Positions 15,584 through 27,030 of a stretch of DNA of 64,000 nucleotides are shown here, in pieces. Position numbers and translations under genes: made by a program. The stretch is from Moniliella sp. 'wahieum' (lineage: Eukaryota), in the NCBI GenBank assembly GCA_003971905.1, contig RSEE01000023.1, forward strand, positions 62,001-126,000. The letters run 5' to 3'. A model generated the notes under the pieces. The model had not been told where the DNA came from. It saw only the letters and a program-made list of their open reading frames with translations, and made no database searches. Each line of letters starts with the position of its first letter. Position 1 is the first letter of the stretch.

Positions 15584-16119
15584 CTTTCCCGTATCTCGAT
15601 ATCTCTCTGTTTGTTTTATATAGGAAAAGAGGATCACAGGTCGACCATCAGGAATGGGCGTGGACCACCCCCTGGCCAAAGGATATCAGAAGGTTGCTCA
15701 CCCAAGGCGGTATACGAGGACAACGGCAAAACCTCCATCATGTAAAAGAGAGGGCGGGAGAAGGAAAACTGCATCTTGACTGTTTTGGAACCGCCGAAGG
15801 AAAGCTTCAGTATCAACACAGCATACTGCTTCAGTACAACTCTGCGTACTCATACTCACAGCACCCAGTGCACTCAATACTCAGGCGCTCAGTCGTTCAG
15901 TAAAAGACATGAAAACCAGTGGACCCACCTGTATACGAGTGGGGCGAAGAGTATGGCGACGGTGGCAAGGCGCCAGGCAAATAGAACAGGAAGAAGCACT
16001 CATCCAGGCGAAAAACGGGCGATGAATGGCCTCGTGCGGATGCGGGGATACGGTGCCAGCTAGGTAAGCGATAATATATCTTCTCCCTTCCATGCCACAA
16101 CAGCACCTGAGGCGTGAGA

Positions 16120-17140
16120 CGCGCGCGCTGAGAGGGATCTGAGGATCTGAGAGAGGAACTGAGCTTGAGGCCTGAGGGAGGCCTCAGGTTTGATTGAGAG
16201 GTTACCCGTTACGGCTGCGGTTTTTGAGAGGGGTTTTCTGCGGAACTGATCGCGATGCTCGCCTATACACCAGGCTATTGGTAGAGCAGTACTAGCGTTT
16301 GAAGCTTTTGAAGCTTGAAGCTTGAAGCTTGAAGCTTGAAGCCAGCTTGAGGTGTGTGGAGATCGTAGAAAGTTCGGTTTTGAGTTCAAAGTAAAGTACG
16401 TATATATATACACGGTGAGTTCGGGCTCGGCGCTCAGGCTGAGCATCGAGCAGCCTTAGACCTTAGGGCCTTAGGCCTTATTCCTCAGCTGAGGCTCAGC
16501 CTGAGCGGCTCAGCCGCCAAGTCCCAAAGCCCCAAGCGACGTCGTCAACGCGTCAACGCGTCAACGCGTCAACCGTCAACGTTCAACGTCGTCATCGTAT
16601 TAGGGTACGTAGGCAGAGCACACTACTTAGTACTTACCGAACTTATCCGTCGGCAGTTACTAGTTACTAGGGTTAGATCTTAGATCTTCGATCTTATTAG
16701 ATCGTTTGTGGATTCTCGACTGGATGTTAGATCTTAGATCTTAGACAGGGCCAACGCTAAAAGCTCAAAGATGCAGACTGAGTTGCCGAGTACCTGAGTG
16801 GCTAGTGGAAGTGACTAGTGACTAGTGACTAGTGACTAGCGATGGCCGAGTGATCGATGATCGATGATCGATGACTATTCGATCAGAGACTGATCTCTCG
16901 CAGATCGTCTCAGCACTCCAAGATCTAATCATCCGATCGACAATCTTAGATCGTAGATCTCACAGCTTAATAGGCGAGAGGTACGTATGTCAGGAATAAC
17001 GCACTTCCTGTATCGGAAATGGGGGGGCAACCTCCGCCTGGCTAATCACCGAGGTAATGCGACTGGGGCATCGCGCAGCTTTTAGGCTTTACGCCTTTCG
17101 CTTTACCCGCGTTATTATACCGGTTACCGGTTACCATATA
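16120..17140. repeat. Cluster of short tandem arrays built on palindromes
   Basis: (GAAGCTT)n 16310-16342, (GTCAACGC)n ~16543-16573, (AGTTACT)2 16655, (TTAGATC)2 16673 and 16727, (GTGACTA)4 16811-16839, (TGATCGA)3 16851-16874, (ACCGGTT)2 17119, plus dense CTNAG sites. Confidence 0.9.
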
Positions 17141-17569
17141 GCAGTTGGTACTTTGGTTATCTGCTCACATGATGTATGTCACATATCTCACACCACATAT
17201 ATCTATCCTCGGCCTCAGGCCTCATTGCAGGCCCCCCATCAGCCCTCCCCCAATCTCGTTCCCTTTGTTTTTCCCCACGTCCGTATCCCTGCCGTCACGC
17301 TCTTTCGGCCACAGTACCAAGTCGCTTCCCTCATTAACATATTGGAGCAGCGCTTTCTGTTTATCGAATCAGCCTCTCTCCTCATCACCACCATCCAAAT
17401 ACACAGTCTCTCCCCCGCTTCCAGTTTTCTCATCCAGGGTGAGTACTCTCCCCCCCTTGTGGTTACTGCCACCTGACGGAATGTTGACCGGGAAAGGTTC
17501 TCCACGGCCCCACTACATCAGAAGTTATTGAACCATGACGGAAACCGTCCCCCTCTTCCTCCCATCAGT

Positions 17570-19728
17570 ATGTCGGAGCGAGCTCTGAACATGGCAATGA
17601 CCCCACCGCCCCCTCCGCCTAAGAAGAGAACAAGCTTGCTGCGTCGTGCTTCGACCCGGATACGCATGTCTCTCTTCAGCCAGTCTAGTCAAACCCAACA
17701 GCTTACCGAGCCACCCCAGGTTCAACAGGATGGAGGTTCTGCAGCTCCTGGGGTGGGAATAATGTCTTCCCTCGGTCGAGGTAGCCGACACTATTGGCAC
17801 AACCATCGCCGGCCAAATACCCTGTTGGCCACGGAAAGCAGCGCAATTGGCCCCCGCGAGATGAGCGTTCTGGATGCGATGGCCGAAAGCTCTTCAAGAT
17901 CTTTCCTCATGCTCCCACCTCCCCTCCCTTTGGATGCAAAGGCAAGCAGGTCGGCTTCTTCCTTCACAAGTGACGGCCTTCCCATTCCTCCTCTTGGGTT
18001 GGAGAGCAGCTCATCATACTCTGGTCCGGGAACGCCTCGATCTTGTCAGGTGCTTACTCCAACGTCTACCCATGGACTGGATATGATTCAGCCATCACGC
18101 TACCAATGCCCTCTACCCCCCCTCCCATACTGAGTTGCTAAAAGCACCATTGGGGGGGTACCCACTAGCACTTCCCATCAACAGCAAATGTTTGGGTCCC
18201 TCCCCCCAAAATTCGCTGGGACTGCTTCCCAATTTATCTCCGACGAACAGGCACATGCTGTCTCGAGGAAACAGCGAACAAGGCAGAGTTTCCTTTCCCT
18301 CAGAGAACAAAAAGGAATCTGTTGGAGCCTGCAATGAAGTCCACGAGCAGCCCTCTTTTCGCGCACCCAATGCAAAGATGCAAACACATATCCTCTCGCC
18401 TGGGTCAAACTTGGATCAGCTCTACGCATTCCCTCTTTTACTGGCAAAGCAATCCCTCGCGGCACAAGATACTCCCCCCCTCCTTTCCAAGGAGACTGGC
18501 TTTTATCTCCATGTACAAACACCTGAGAAGGGCAATCTTAAGGAAGGAGAGAAAACGCAACAATGGTCCGAAGCTGCCTCCCGTCCCGTGTGTAATAATG
18601 TTTCATCCGATCCACACTACTTGGCATCTTTTACAGCTTTGTCGGACACGCGTCCTGCTTTATCACGCCCACCGCCCAAGATTTCGCACCCATCTGAAGT
18701 AGCAGATGACTTGCAAGACCGCAACAGTATCCGCCGTGTCAGTCGAGGGTGGAGCGATTGTTTCTCTGACTTCGATGGGAGCCCCACATTGTTACCGTTA
18801 AGTCACGGAAGTGTCATGCGGCCTTCTTGCAATAATGAGTGCGAACCCGAAAGTGGTCTTGCATCGATGCGAGCACAAGTACCAGAAGAACCATCGGTCG
18901 AGGCATGGTCCAACAAGGAGGCGTTCGATGCGGATGAGCAGGCGGCCATTGCTCATGCTCGCAACGAAACCCTGAAGAAACTCATCGGTTACAAAGCAGG
19001 TCCAGTACTACGCAAGTCACCATCTTCATCTGTGACCCCCAACCACTCTTCCTCTCATATGGATTCCTCCAAGCCGCCACAAGAACCTATCATCTGTGCT
19101 GACCGTAACCCTTCATGGAAAATGCTTTTGTCCGCGTTGGCGTCTCCGACTCCTGACTCATCTGATGCCATGGATTCCGGGGAGGTCCGTGTTCAAGAGC
19201 GCTTACCGACCATCGCGCCAGGGCCCTCACTTGCTCGTCTACGGCTTTCCCATCGTTCACTATCCAAGACTACTGCAGGGCCAGGAGCGATGGGAGAGTT
19301 CCCCGACCGGCCCTTGGTGCTTGGCTCACCATTTGGTTCACCCTAATCCACGCCTTTGGTCTGCACACCTATACTCTGCCCTGCTCATCCTAAGCCGGCC
19401 ATCCTGCTCAGTTGGTCGCCGTCCCCACCTCTCCATCAGGGGCTACTTATCCGCTCCTACCTTACGGACAGAGGGACATGAATTTCACTTCAAGTCCAGA
19501 AGGAAGGTCGGCTATGAAAGCAACCCTCCCGCTTATAAAATGCTTGCGCCTTGGTTACTCGCTGTACTAGACTCTTTCCCATCTGTGTCTCCTCCCCCAA
19601 GATTTCCCTACCAGTCCCGTCTTATCTCCAGCCTCTCTTTCGACCACAGACATCTTGTTGATACAATACGCAAAAGAATTCACCACTGGCTGGAAGAAAC
19701 GGCAGCCGCCGAGAGCCACCTGTGGTGA
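17570..19728 (+). CDS. Hypothetical Ser/Pro-rich protein (frameshifted)
   Basis: Three consecutive long + ORFs (17528-18133, 18135-19346, 19096-19728). A probable 5'UTR intron starts with GTGAGT at 17439. No domain recognised. Confidence 0.5.
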
Positions 19729-20449
19729 TGGGGTTTCCCCTACCTTTTCACTCCTCTCTCGATGTCCGCTCGCGTTTCCTCGTTTCCGTCCACACGTTCT
19801 CTCAGTCTGTTGTACCTATGTCCTTGCCGCGTACTTTACTACAGAATCTGTTTGTTGTTGATTGAATTCTTCTCTTTTTGCCTCTTCTTATATCACAGAA
19901 AGCATTCAATTGTTGATCGTAGTTAATGGAAGGCTTGAGCTCTGTCGGTGAGCTTGAGCTTTGAGCCTACGCGTTCAGCATACTATTTTTCGCGTTCGTG
20001 AGAGGCGGACCTGTGAGAGTACCTGATAATGGAGTAGGTGTATATTTCATTGAGATCTGTTGACATTGGCATATTCGATGCATGCGATGGCCATATGTCG
20101 ATAACCTCGATGTCCGAACATATCGACCATGCCCCATTGAAAAAGGAAGAGGCTTCCGACGTGGTGCGCATCTTCCAGCGTCAAGTTTACCCTCATATAT
20201 CGTGCCCCATAGCTTTTGAGCACCTGTGATTCGGTCAGCGCCGGTTATTAAATAGCCGGTAATTTCGGTTAGTGCAGGCCGTGCTTTTTATTTGTTTCAG
20301 CACGTTTGCCCCACCGCCCATGTTGCTTGGGGCGGATACAAACGGGTGCGAGTGCCGTCGGCCACACCGAAATTTAAGCCCCCCTTTCCCCTGCTCACGC
20401 TGACGACATACCACCACCTTGCCTACCCTTTCCAACACCATCAACCACA

Positions 20450-21556
20450 ATGCCGGTCTTGCCCAGGGCAGCTTTCCTTCGGCTACCACGCGTCGCGTAT
20501 TCATCGCTTGCGCGCCGGTCACTCGCTACTGCCACGGGGGCAACCAACTTCATCAAGGTCAGTAGCTCTCGCTGCCAACCAACACGCACATCTTCGACTG
20601 TATATATCTAACCTGGCCGCACAGATCGTTGAGGTTTCTCCCCGTGATGGCCTGCAAAATGAAAAGAAAATCGTCCCCACCGATGTCAAGCTGGAACTCA
20701 TCAACCGTCTGGCAGCAGCGGGATGCAAGACGATCGAGGCTGGCGCATTCGTATCACCCAAATGGGTACCGCAAATGGGCGATACAGAAACCCTTTTGCG
20801 TCAGCTCGTACCTCAAAAAGGTGTTTCCTACCCTGTCCTCGTCCCTAATGGCAAAGGCCTTGACAAACTGCTTGCTCTCTTGGCGGAGCCTACGCTGGCC
20901 GCGCACCCCCCCACCCAAGAAATCGCCATCTTCACCGCTGCTACGAATTCCTTTACTAGGGCCAACACTAACTGCACCGTGAGGGAAAGCTTGGATCGAT
21001 GCAAAGAGGTGGCTCAAAGAGCCTTGAACGCCAACCTGGCTGTGCGGGGGTATGTGTCGGTGGTTGCTGTCTGTCCATACGAGGGCAAAGTCGCTCCTGA
21101 GCAAGTGGCCCACGTGGCACGCGAATTGCTGGAGATGGGCTGCTACGAGGTTCTTTAGGCGACACGACGGGCGCTGGGACACCAGATCAAATGTTGAAGG
21201 TGTTGGAAGCATGCGAACGGAGCGGTGTACCCACGTCCAAGCTTGCTGGTCATTGCCACAATACATTCGGGACGGGGTTGGCCAACGTCCTCGCCCTCGC
21301 CGAAGCAGGGGTACGTACCTTTGACTCATCTGTCGCGAGCTTAGGTGGGTGCCCCTACTCCCCGGGCGCAACCGGAAACGTGGACACGGAGAGTCTGGTC
21401 TATGCTTTCCATGCTCAAGGCTACCAAACCGGGATTGATCTCCCTGCCTTAGCCCACATTGGGGAGTGGGTGTCGCAAGCAATTGGCCGTCCGAATGCTT
21501 CCTTGGCTGGGCGCGCCCTTTTAGCCCGGGAAAGAGCCAACAAACCAAAGCTATAA
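20450..21556 (+). CDS. HMGCL: Hydroxymethylglutaryl-CoA lyase, mitochondrial
   Basis: Arg-rich presequence, intron ~20558-20623, then IVEVSPRDGLQNE, FVSPKWVPQMGD, CPYEG, HCHNTFG and LGGCPYSPGATGNV. Confidence 0.95.
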
Positions 21557-22075
21557 CCGTCCACCCCCTAAGAGCGACAGGGTGATCAATGCATTCATAA
21601 ATGTGCTGTGCTCTCGTCATCCCAATCAGCTGGTCATCGAGGAGACGATAGCAGCCCTTGTTCAAGGTACAGCCTGGCGCGGAGCGAAATGGACAAGGTG
21701 CAACGCTTTTTGCAATGCACTCAGTATATGTGCCTTCCGCACGAGGCAAGATGCAAGGACGCTTCGAACGGCACCGATACTGCGCACACATGAAGTCACT
21801 ATAGATGCACACAACGTAAACCCTTGCGAAAGGGCCATGTCGGCTCAGCTACTATTCACACAGCGTGCACGCTTCTCATGGTTTTTTTGTGGTGGTCAGT
21901 ACTCAAGTGGCGATGGCTAACCCGCTCACATCAATCACCTCGGGGGGCGAATGCCCGACAGAGACAATCCGTATACACTTGGACTGATAAGCTGGAGAAA
22001 TTGGATACAGATTGTCTACTGTGAAGAGTACTACGACAAAATTGTCATATAATGTGTTTCTGATCATAAAGTACT

Positions 22076-23267
22076 CTAGTTGTTCTCAAGCGCAGCAACC
22101 GTGGTGCCAGCGGCCTTGGCACGCTTGCGCAACTTGTCGGCCGACTTGTTGCCGCGCACACCGCCGCCCCAATGGCGACGGCTCTCCTCGTACTTGTCAA
22201 CGTAGTTGGCCTTGGCAGCCGCCACAAGGTTGGCCAGCTCGCGTTGGTCCTCAGCACGCACATCCTGAACGACGGCGATAGCTGCGGTCTTCTTGTGAAC
22301 AACCTGGCCAAGACGAGCTTTGCCACCCTTGACAATCACCCAGGGGATGCCCATCTTGCGGCAAAGAGCGGGCACGGCAACGACCAACTCGATAGGGTCA
22401 ACATCGTCGGCAAGAACGACAAGGGAAGCCTTCTTGGCTTCGATGAGAGCAATCGCGTGGTTGAGACCGTACTTGACAAAAAGGGGCTTCTTGCCGTCGG
22501 CCTTGGGGTCGGCCTTCTTGCCAGCCGCCACATCGGCAGCCACAGCTGCCAGACGAGCCTTCTTCTCCTGTTTGCTCTCAGGACGGTACTTGTTCAGCAA
22601 CTTGAACAGGGCAGTGGCAGTGTTCTTGTCAAGCGTGTTGCTGAACTGAGCAAGCGCAGGAGGGACCTTCAAACGCGAGTTGAGGATGACACGTTGACGC
22701 TGGAGGCGGATGTACTCGGGCCACTTGACAAAGCGAGTCAGATCGCGGGCCGGTTGAATGTTCTGGCCAATGCCAAAGTGCCGAGGACGGGCCTCAAACA
22801 AGGGGTTGGCCTGCTTCTTGGACGCAGACGAGGCGGCCTTCAGGTTCGAAGGGAGCTTGGGGTTCTTCTTGCTGGGAGCCTAAGAAAATCAAGCACAAAT
22901 AAATCATGTCAGCAATGCGAACGAAAAAAGAAAGGAGCGTGGATCATTGAGCAGGGGGGGTGTGGATTCCCAAGCCCGGCGTCGCACACGCCGGACCCCC
23001 TTACATCCCCATCGTGCCAGGCTCGATGGGAATGGCTCTACCGGAAGACTCGCATCGAAATTGGCGTTCCCCATACGGGTACTAGTTCAATTCGTAGCAA
23101 GGCCTTCCCCACATCAACTTCAACACTTGGAGCGTAACCTCCAAGCTCAGCTGTCCTTTCTAGCCCTTCCCTCTGAGGGTGTGAGCATGACCTGCGGGCA
23201 GGTAAGGTGCAGGCGAGAGTTGAGGTAGATGGGTGTGTCAAGAGCGGCGATTGACAACACCTACCAT
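22076..23267 (-). CDS. RPL8: 60S ribosomal protein eL8 (L8/L7a); exon 1 is ATG only, intron 22880-23264
   Basis: [39 protein letters not shown]...KYGLNH...DVDPIELV...WGGG. The ATG|GTAGGT donor and CTGAC...TAG acceptor give an in-frame MAPSKKNPK start. Confidence 0.97.
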
Positions 23268-23519
23268 ATCGAGAGTCGAGACAAAGGTGGTGGTGAAAGA
23301 TGGGTAAGAGGGCGGATGCAGACAATCCACTTTATGCCTTAGCCCCAAAAATTCGCCGCAGCACAAACAACCCTACCGCTACGGTTGGAATTCCGCCCGT
23401 CAAATTTCGGCTTTGTGTGGAATGAAGCCGTTGCACCGAGATGTTCCAAAAAAGTTGCTCTCTCCTCTCCACCCCCCGTCGTCCCACACGAATCCTCACC
23501 TCAAGCACCCCAGCTACAA

Positions 23520-24979
23520 ATGGGCTCGAAGGACTCGCACGACAAAAAGCGCAAGGCGCGCAGCAGCGACGCCTCCAAGCCCAAGCCTAAGCGTACGAAG
23601 TCGGCTGAATCGGGGGCCACTGAAGCCTTGATTAAGGTGGATGATCGTCCGGAAACGGGGCCCGTCTTGGTCAGTTGCCCCGACTTTGATGTGCCGACTG
23701 AGATTCCCTTTACGCTCTACACCGCCCCTCCTCTCGAGGAGGAGGGTATGGGGGATGATCATGACCAGAACTTGCTTGTGGGCGAGGACGACGTAATGCG
23801 TTACGTGTCAAACAATGGCGATTGGTCCACCTTTGCGGAGGAGGAGCGGGGCATGGGCCGCGTCCGTGAGTATGATGGCGAGTACATGTTGGGCGTGTAC
23901 GACCCGGATGAAAAACGGTAACTCTTCGTCGGGCACCGCTCTTGTCTATTCGACGCACCGTGCGTGCCCACGCGGACCTCAACTCCATGGCAACGGGCTC
24001 GAACGACTATGCGGCTCGGCAGCTGCAGCGGAGGCACCTTGGCGATCTCTTTGGTAATCGCAAGATGAAGGCGAAGGCATCCAATGCGGATCGGATGAAG
24101 GTTGAGGGCTCGTCGGAAAGCATGCAGCGGATTCTTACTCAAGTTTCTACTGGTATTCAATCTTCCAGCACCGAGAATGCCCAAGAGGCCAAGGCGACAC
24201 ACGGGGAAGCAGAGGCCGCCTCTCGCCGCAGGTGTACCCGCAGAGGTGCTCCGTTACATCCCCATGCCCAATATGAAGGCCGAGCACCCAGAAGAGGTCT
24301 ACCCGATCTCCACATTGGTCCCGACTGACATCCTGCGCATTCTCAAAATCACCTGGATCGAGTCAGCTGAGACTGCGGCCGATGTATCCAAATGCCTTCC
24401 CTTTCCTGCGCCCGCCAAGAGCACCTACATGCCCGCTCGTGTTCTAGAGACGATCAAGGCGTACAAGACCAACACCTCAAGCCAACTGTTGGAGGATCGA
24501 GTTCGTCTGGCTTACTTTGGGGCCTTGCTCTGGGGTCTACTCTTCTCTGAGCGGTTGCTCAACAACCGCAAAGCGCTTTCTCAGCGTCTCAAGCTCAATG
24601 ACCCCGCAGGTAGCTCTACGGTGCTGAATCATCTGTACCTCCACTTCACCGAATCTCAGCGCGGTACCAAGGAGCGGTACATTACCACCTTTATGAAGAC
24701 CAAAATTCTGGCCCACCTAGCCGCCATTTTGCTTCACCTTGATGCCTTTGCAGTCGACTGTGGCCGGGTGTCGGCAGAGTTGGAACTCACGCCAAAACGG
24801 TGCGTACCTAGGATCTCCTGCTGCTGAACTATTACTGACGCTATATCCCCAGGTTGACCGACATCTTCCACTCCTTGGGATGCAAGCCGTCAATGGTTAA
24901 GTCTTCTACCGAAAACCGGACGATCAACAAAAGAGTTCTCCGCTTGCCCTTGTCATTCCCAAAGGCCCGGGCTTTCTGA
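23520..24979 (+). CDS. RPA49: RNA polymerase I subunit A49-like
   Basis: EYMLGVYDP, RRHLGDLFGNRKMKA, IPMPNMKAEHPEEVYPISTLVP, KILAHLAAILLHLDAFAVD; intron ~24800-24852; C-terminal FHSLGCK...LRLPLSFP. Confidence 0.85.
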
Positions 24980-25231
24980 TTGCATTTTCGACCCACTCAT
25001 TTCTGGCACGATACATTGGGCACATTTCCCTATGTACATGCATCAATGGCGTGTTTGCGTTTTAGTGCAGACAAAATGGATTGCTTTAACGAGAGAAAAA
25101 GGGGAGAATCTGAGATGTTCGCTACGACCCAGCTGCAACAGACTCCGTTTTTGTATCAGTGCCCAACTCACGCTGACTTTCGGTCGGCCACTGAACATCC
25201 GTTACTCCATTACTAATGAGTTGTGAGAAGG

Positions 25232-25238
25232 AAAAAAA
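25232..25238 (-). terminator. RNA polymerase III T7 terminator
   Basis: A7 on + (T7 on -), 2 nt downstream of the tRNA 3' end. Confidence 0.75.
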
Positions 25239-25240
25239 GG

Positions 25241-25335
25241 TGCGGCCGCCGGGAATCGAACCCGAACCTTCAGCTGCCCCGTTAGTCGAGTAACCAACGT
25301 GGAAGGCTAAAATTCTACCTTTAAACTACCGCCGC
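25241..25335 (-). tRNA. tRNA-Gly(TCC) with a 24-nt intron
   Basis: Minus strand reads GCGGCGG-TA-GTTTAAAGGTAGAAT-T-TTAGC-CT-TCC-A-[CGTTGGTTACTCGACTAACGGGGC]-A-GCTGA-AGGT-TCGGG-TTCGATT-CCCGG-CGGCCGC-A. It folds as a cloverleaf with A and B boxes. Confidence 0.92.
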
Positions 25336-25836
25336 TTCTGTTTAACTTCTGAATGCTCCAGTAGTCTTTCTGATTGACTAGGCACAAACTGACACAAAGA
25401 CCTGCCTGTGAGTACTGAGTCTACATCGTACGCAAAACGCTTTTCGCGTGTCAAATGCCAAAGCTCTACAAATGCTACAGTTAGTGTGGTATAGGGACTA
25501 CTATGCAGGTTGTTAATGGTGCGGGGATTCGAATCGACAGTTCCATAACATCAGCAAAAGAGGTGGAAGGCAAAGGGTCTTAGCTGGGTGGTGCCGGGGA
25601 GGTGGAAGTGCCTGATGAGACCTGGAGTCCTGTTGGTCCTGTAGGGTGATACGATTGCATTGATGGTGGTGGTGGTCGGAGCCAACCAACGGCGGCCACA
25701 GGGACATCAACCGGCCGGCGACATTGAATCTGGCTGCGGACCAAGAGAAGCAAGGAAACATCGGAGCTCTTAGGCTTGAAGAGGGGCTGAATGGACCTTG
25801 GCCAAATGCACAAGACACCTCGTGGCTCAAAAGTGC

Positions 25837-27030
25837 CTAGAACGTGTGAGAGCGGGCAACGTTACCAATCTTACTCTTCCACGTACGGGCTCCCTCGAAC
25901 CCGTTCTGACCCATGGAAAAGTCAATGAGCGTCTGTTGCACCTCTTGCCTCGAGGTAAGAAAAACGGTCCATACTGGTATACATCTTGATCCAACGGATT
26001 GCCCGCAATGAGAGCAAACGTTGCATCCTCGTCTCCCCTGCATGGGTGAGCCACACTCCATTTTCTTGCTTGGATCGATCCATCGCGATCGCATCGCGCT
26101 CCGATTCGATCTGTGCCTTGTTGGTAAGAACGAGGGTGTGGTAAGGCTGATACAGGTTGTCCTTAGTTGGCTCGCCCACATAGATACTGGCCCCAGGCAG
26201 CGAATAAATGAAAGCATTCCATCCCGTTGGCAGCGGTTGGAACACCTTACCGCCTGGCTTGAGCGTAATGAGGAAGTACCAGCACTGACCCTTGTCCGCA
26301 CTGCGGACAGGGGAGATAACACCATGCGAGGCACCGGCGATAACCTTGATGTCCCATCCGTTCCCTTCGCGCTCCGGGGCCTCAACCTCGCCGGGGGGGG
26401 AAAGGCATGGGGAATGTCTTCATTGCTGATTTCTTGGTAATTAGGCTCAGAGTATTTGAGCTCGGCAGGCAGGTCGATCCACAGCTGCAGACCCTGAGGT
26501 TCTTGATCAATGGGCTCACCCGTCTTTGGATCTTCAAACAAGGGCATCTCAGCGTGCACCAGGCCCTTTCCAGCTGTCATCCATTGCATCGCCCCAGGGC
26601 CAAGCGTGCCATAGTGACCCTGGGAGTCTTCGTGTTGGGCATAGCCCTTGAGGAGGAGGGTGACAGTTGTCATGCCGCGGTGCGGGTGGTCGGGGAAACC
26701 GCTGCCCTTTCGGATGCTGAAATGGTCAAGCATCAAAAACGGAGACAGGTTGCGCAACTGCGGAGTGCCAATCGAGCGGCGTACTGTGACTCCATCTCCT
26801 TCGGGGGTGGCCACACTCTTGATGGCACGGGCAACGCTGCGGGTGATGAGCTGATCGGGTAGCTTGGCATCAGCAGCATCGGGGGTGGTCCACTTGTTTG
26901 ACATTGTGCGAGCGGGTTGGGAGCGGTGCGTAGAGGAGGTGGAAAGGTACCGGCGAAGGAGCTGAGGGACGGAAGACGTGAAGGGAGGCATGGAGGTGGC
27001 CACTGAGAGGCGGGAGGGTTTAAATACCAT
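25837..27030 (-). CDS. Pirin-family (bicupin) protein, possibly with a mitochondrial presequence
   Basis: EGDGVTVRRSIG, PFLMLDHF, FPDHPHRG, QWMTAGKGLVHAEMP, GLQLWIDLP and QYGPF. Confidence 0.93.
   Translation of the reverse strand: MVFKPSRLSVATSMPPFTSSVPQLLRRYLSTSSTHRSQPARTMSNKWTTPDAADAKLPDQLITRSVARAIKSVATPEGDGVTVRRSIGTPQLRNLSPFLMLDHFSIRKGSGFPDHPHRGMTTVTLLLKGYAQHEDSQGHYGTLGPGAMQWMTAGKGLVHAEMPLFEDPKTGEPIDQEPQGLQLWIDLPAELKYSEPNYQEISNEDIPHAFPPPARLRPRSAKGTDGTSRLSPVPRMVLSPLSAVRTRVSAGTSSLRSSQAVRCSNRCQRDGMLSFIRCLGPVSMWASQLRTTCISLTTPSFLPTRHRSNRSAMRSRWIDPSKKMECGSPMQGRRGCNVCSHCGQSVGSRCIPVWTVFLTSRQEVQQTLIDFSMGQNGFEGARTWKSKIGNVARSHTF

Noticed and set aside
16300..16880. Arrays of restriction-site hexamers read as synthetic polylinker or vector contamination
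   Set aside because: The sites are tandemly iterated, degenerate and dispersed through many native intergenic regions, with no vector sequence seen.
25514..25540. tRNA-like 3' fragment on the minus strand (GATTCGAATCCCCGCACCA)
   Set aside because: No D-arm, anticodon arm or matching acceptor 5' strand could be folded. It may be chance or a tiny relic.
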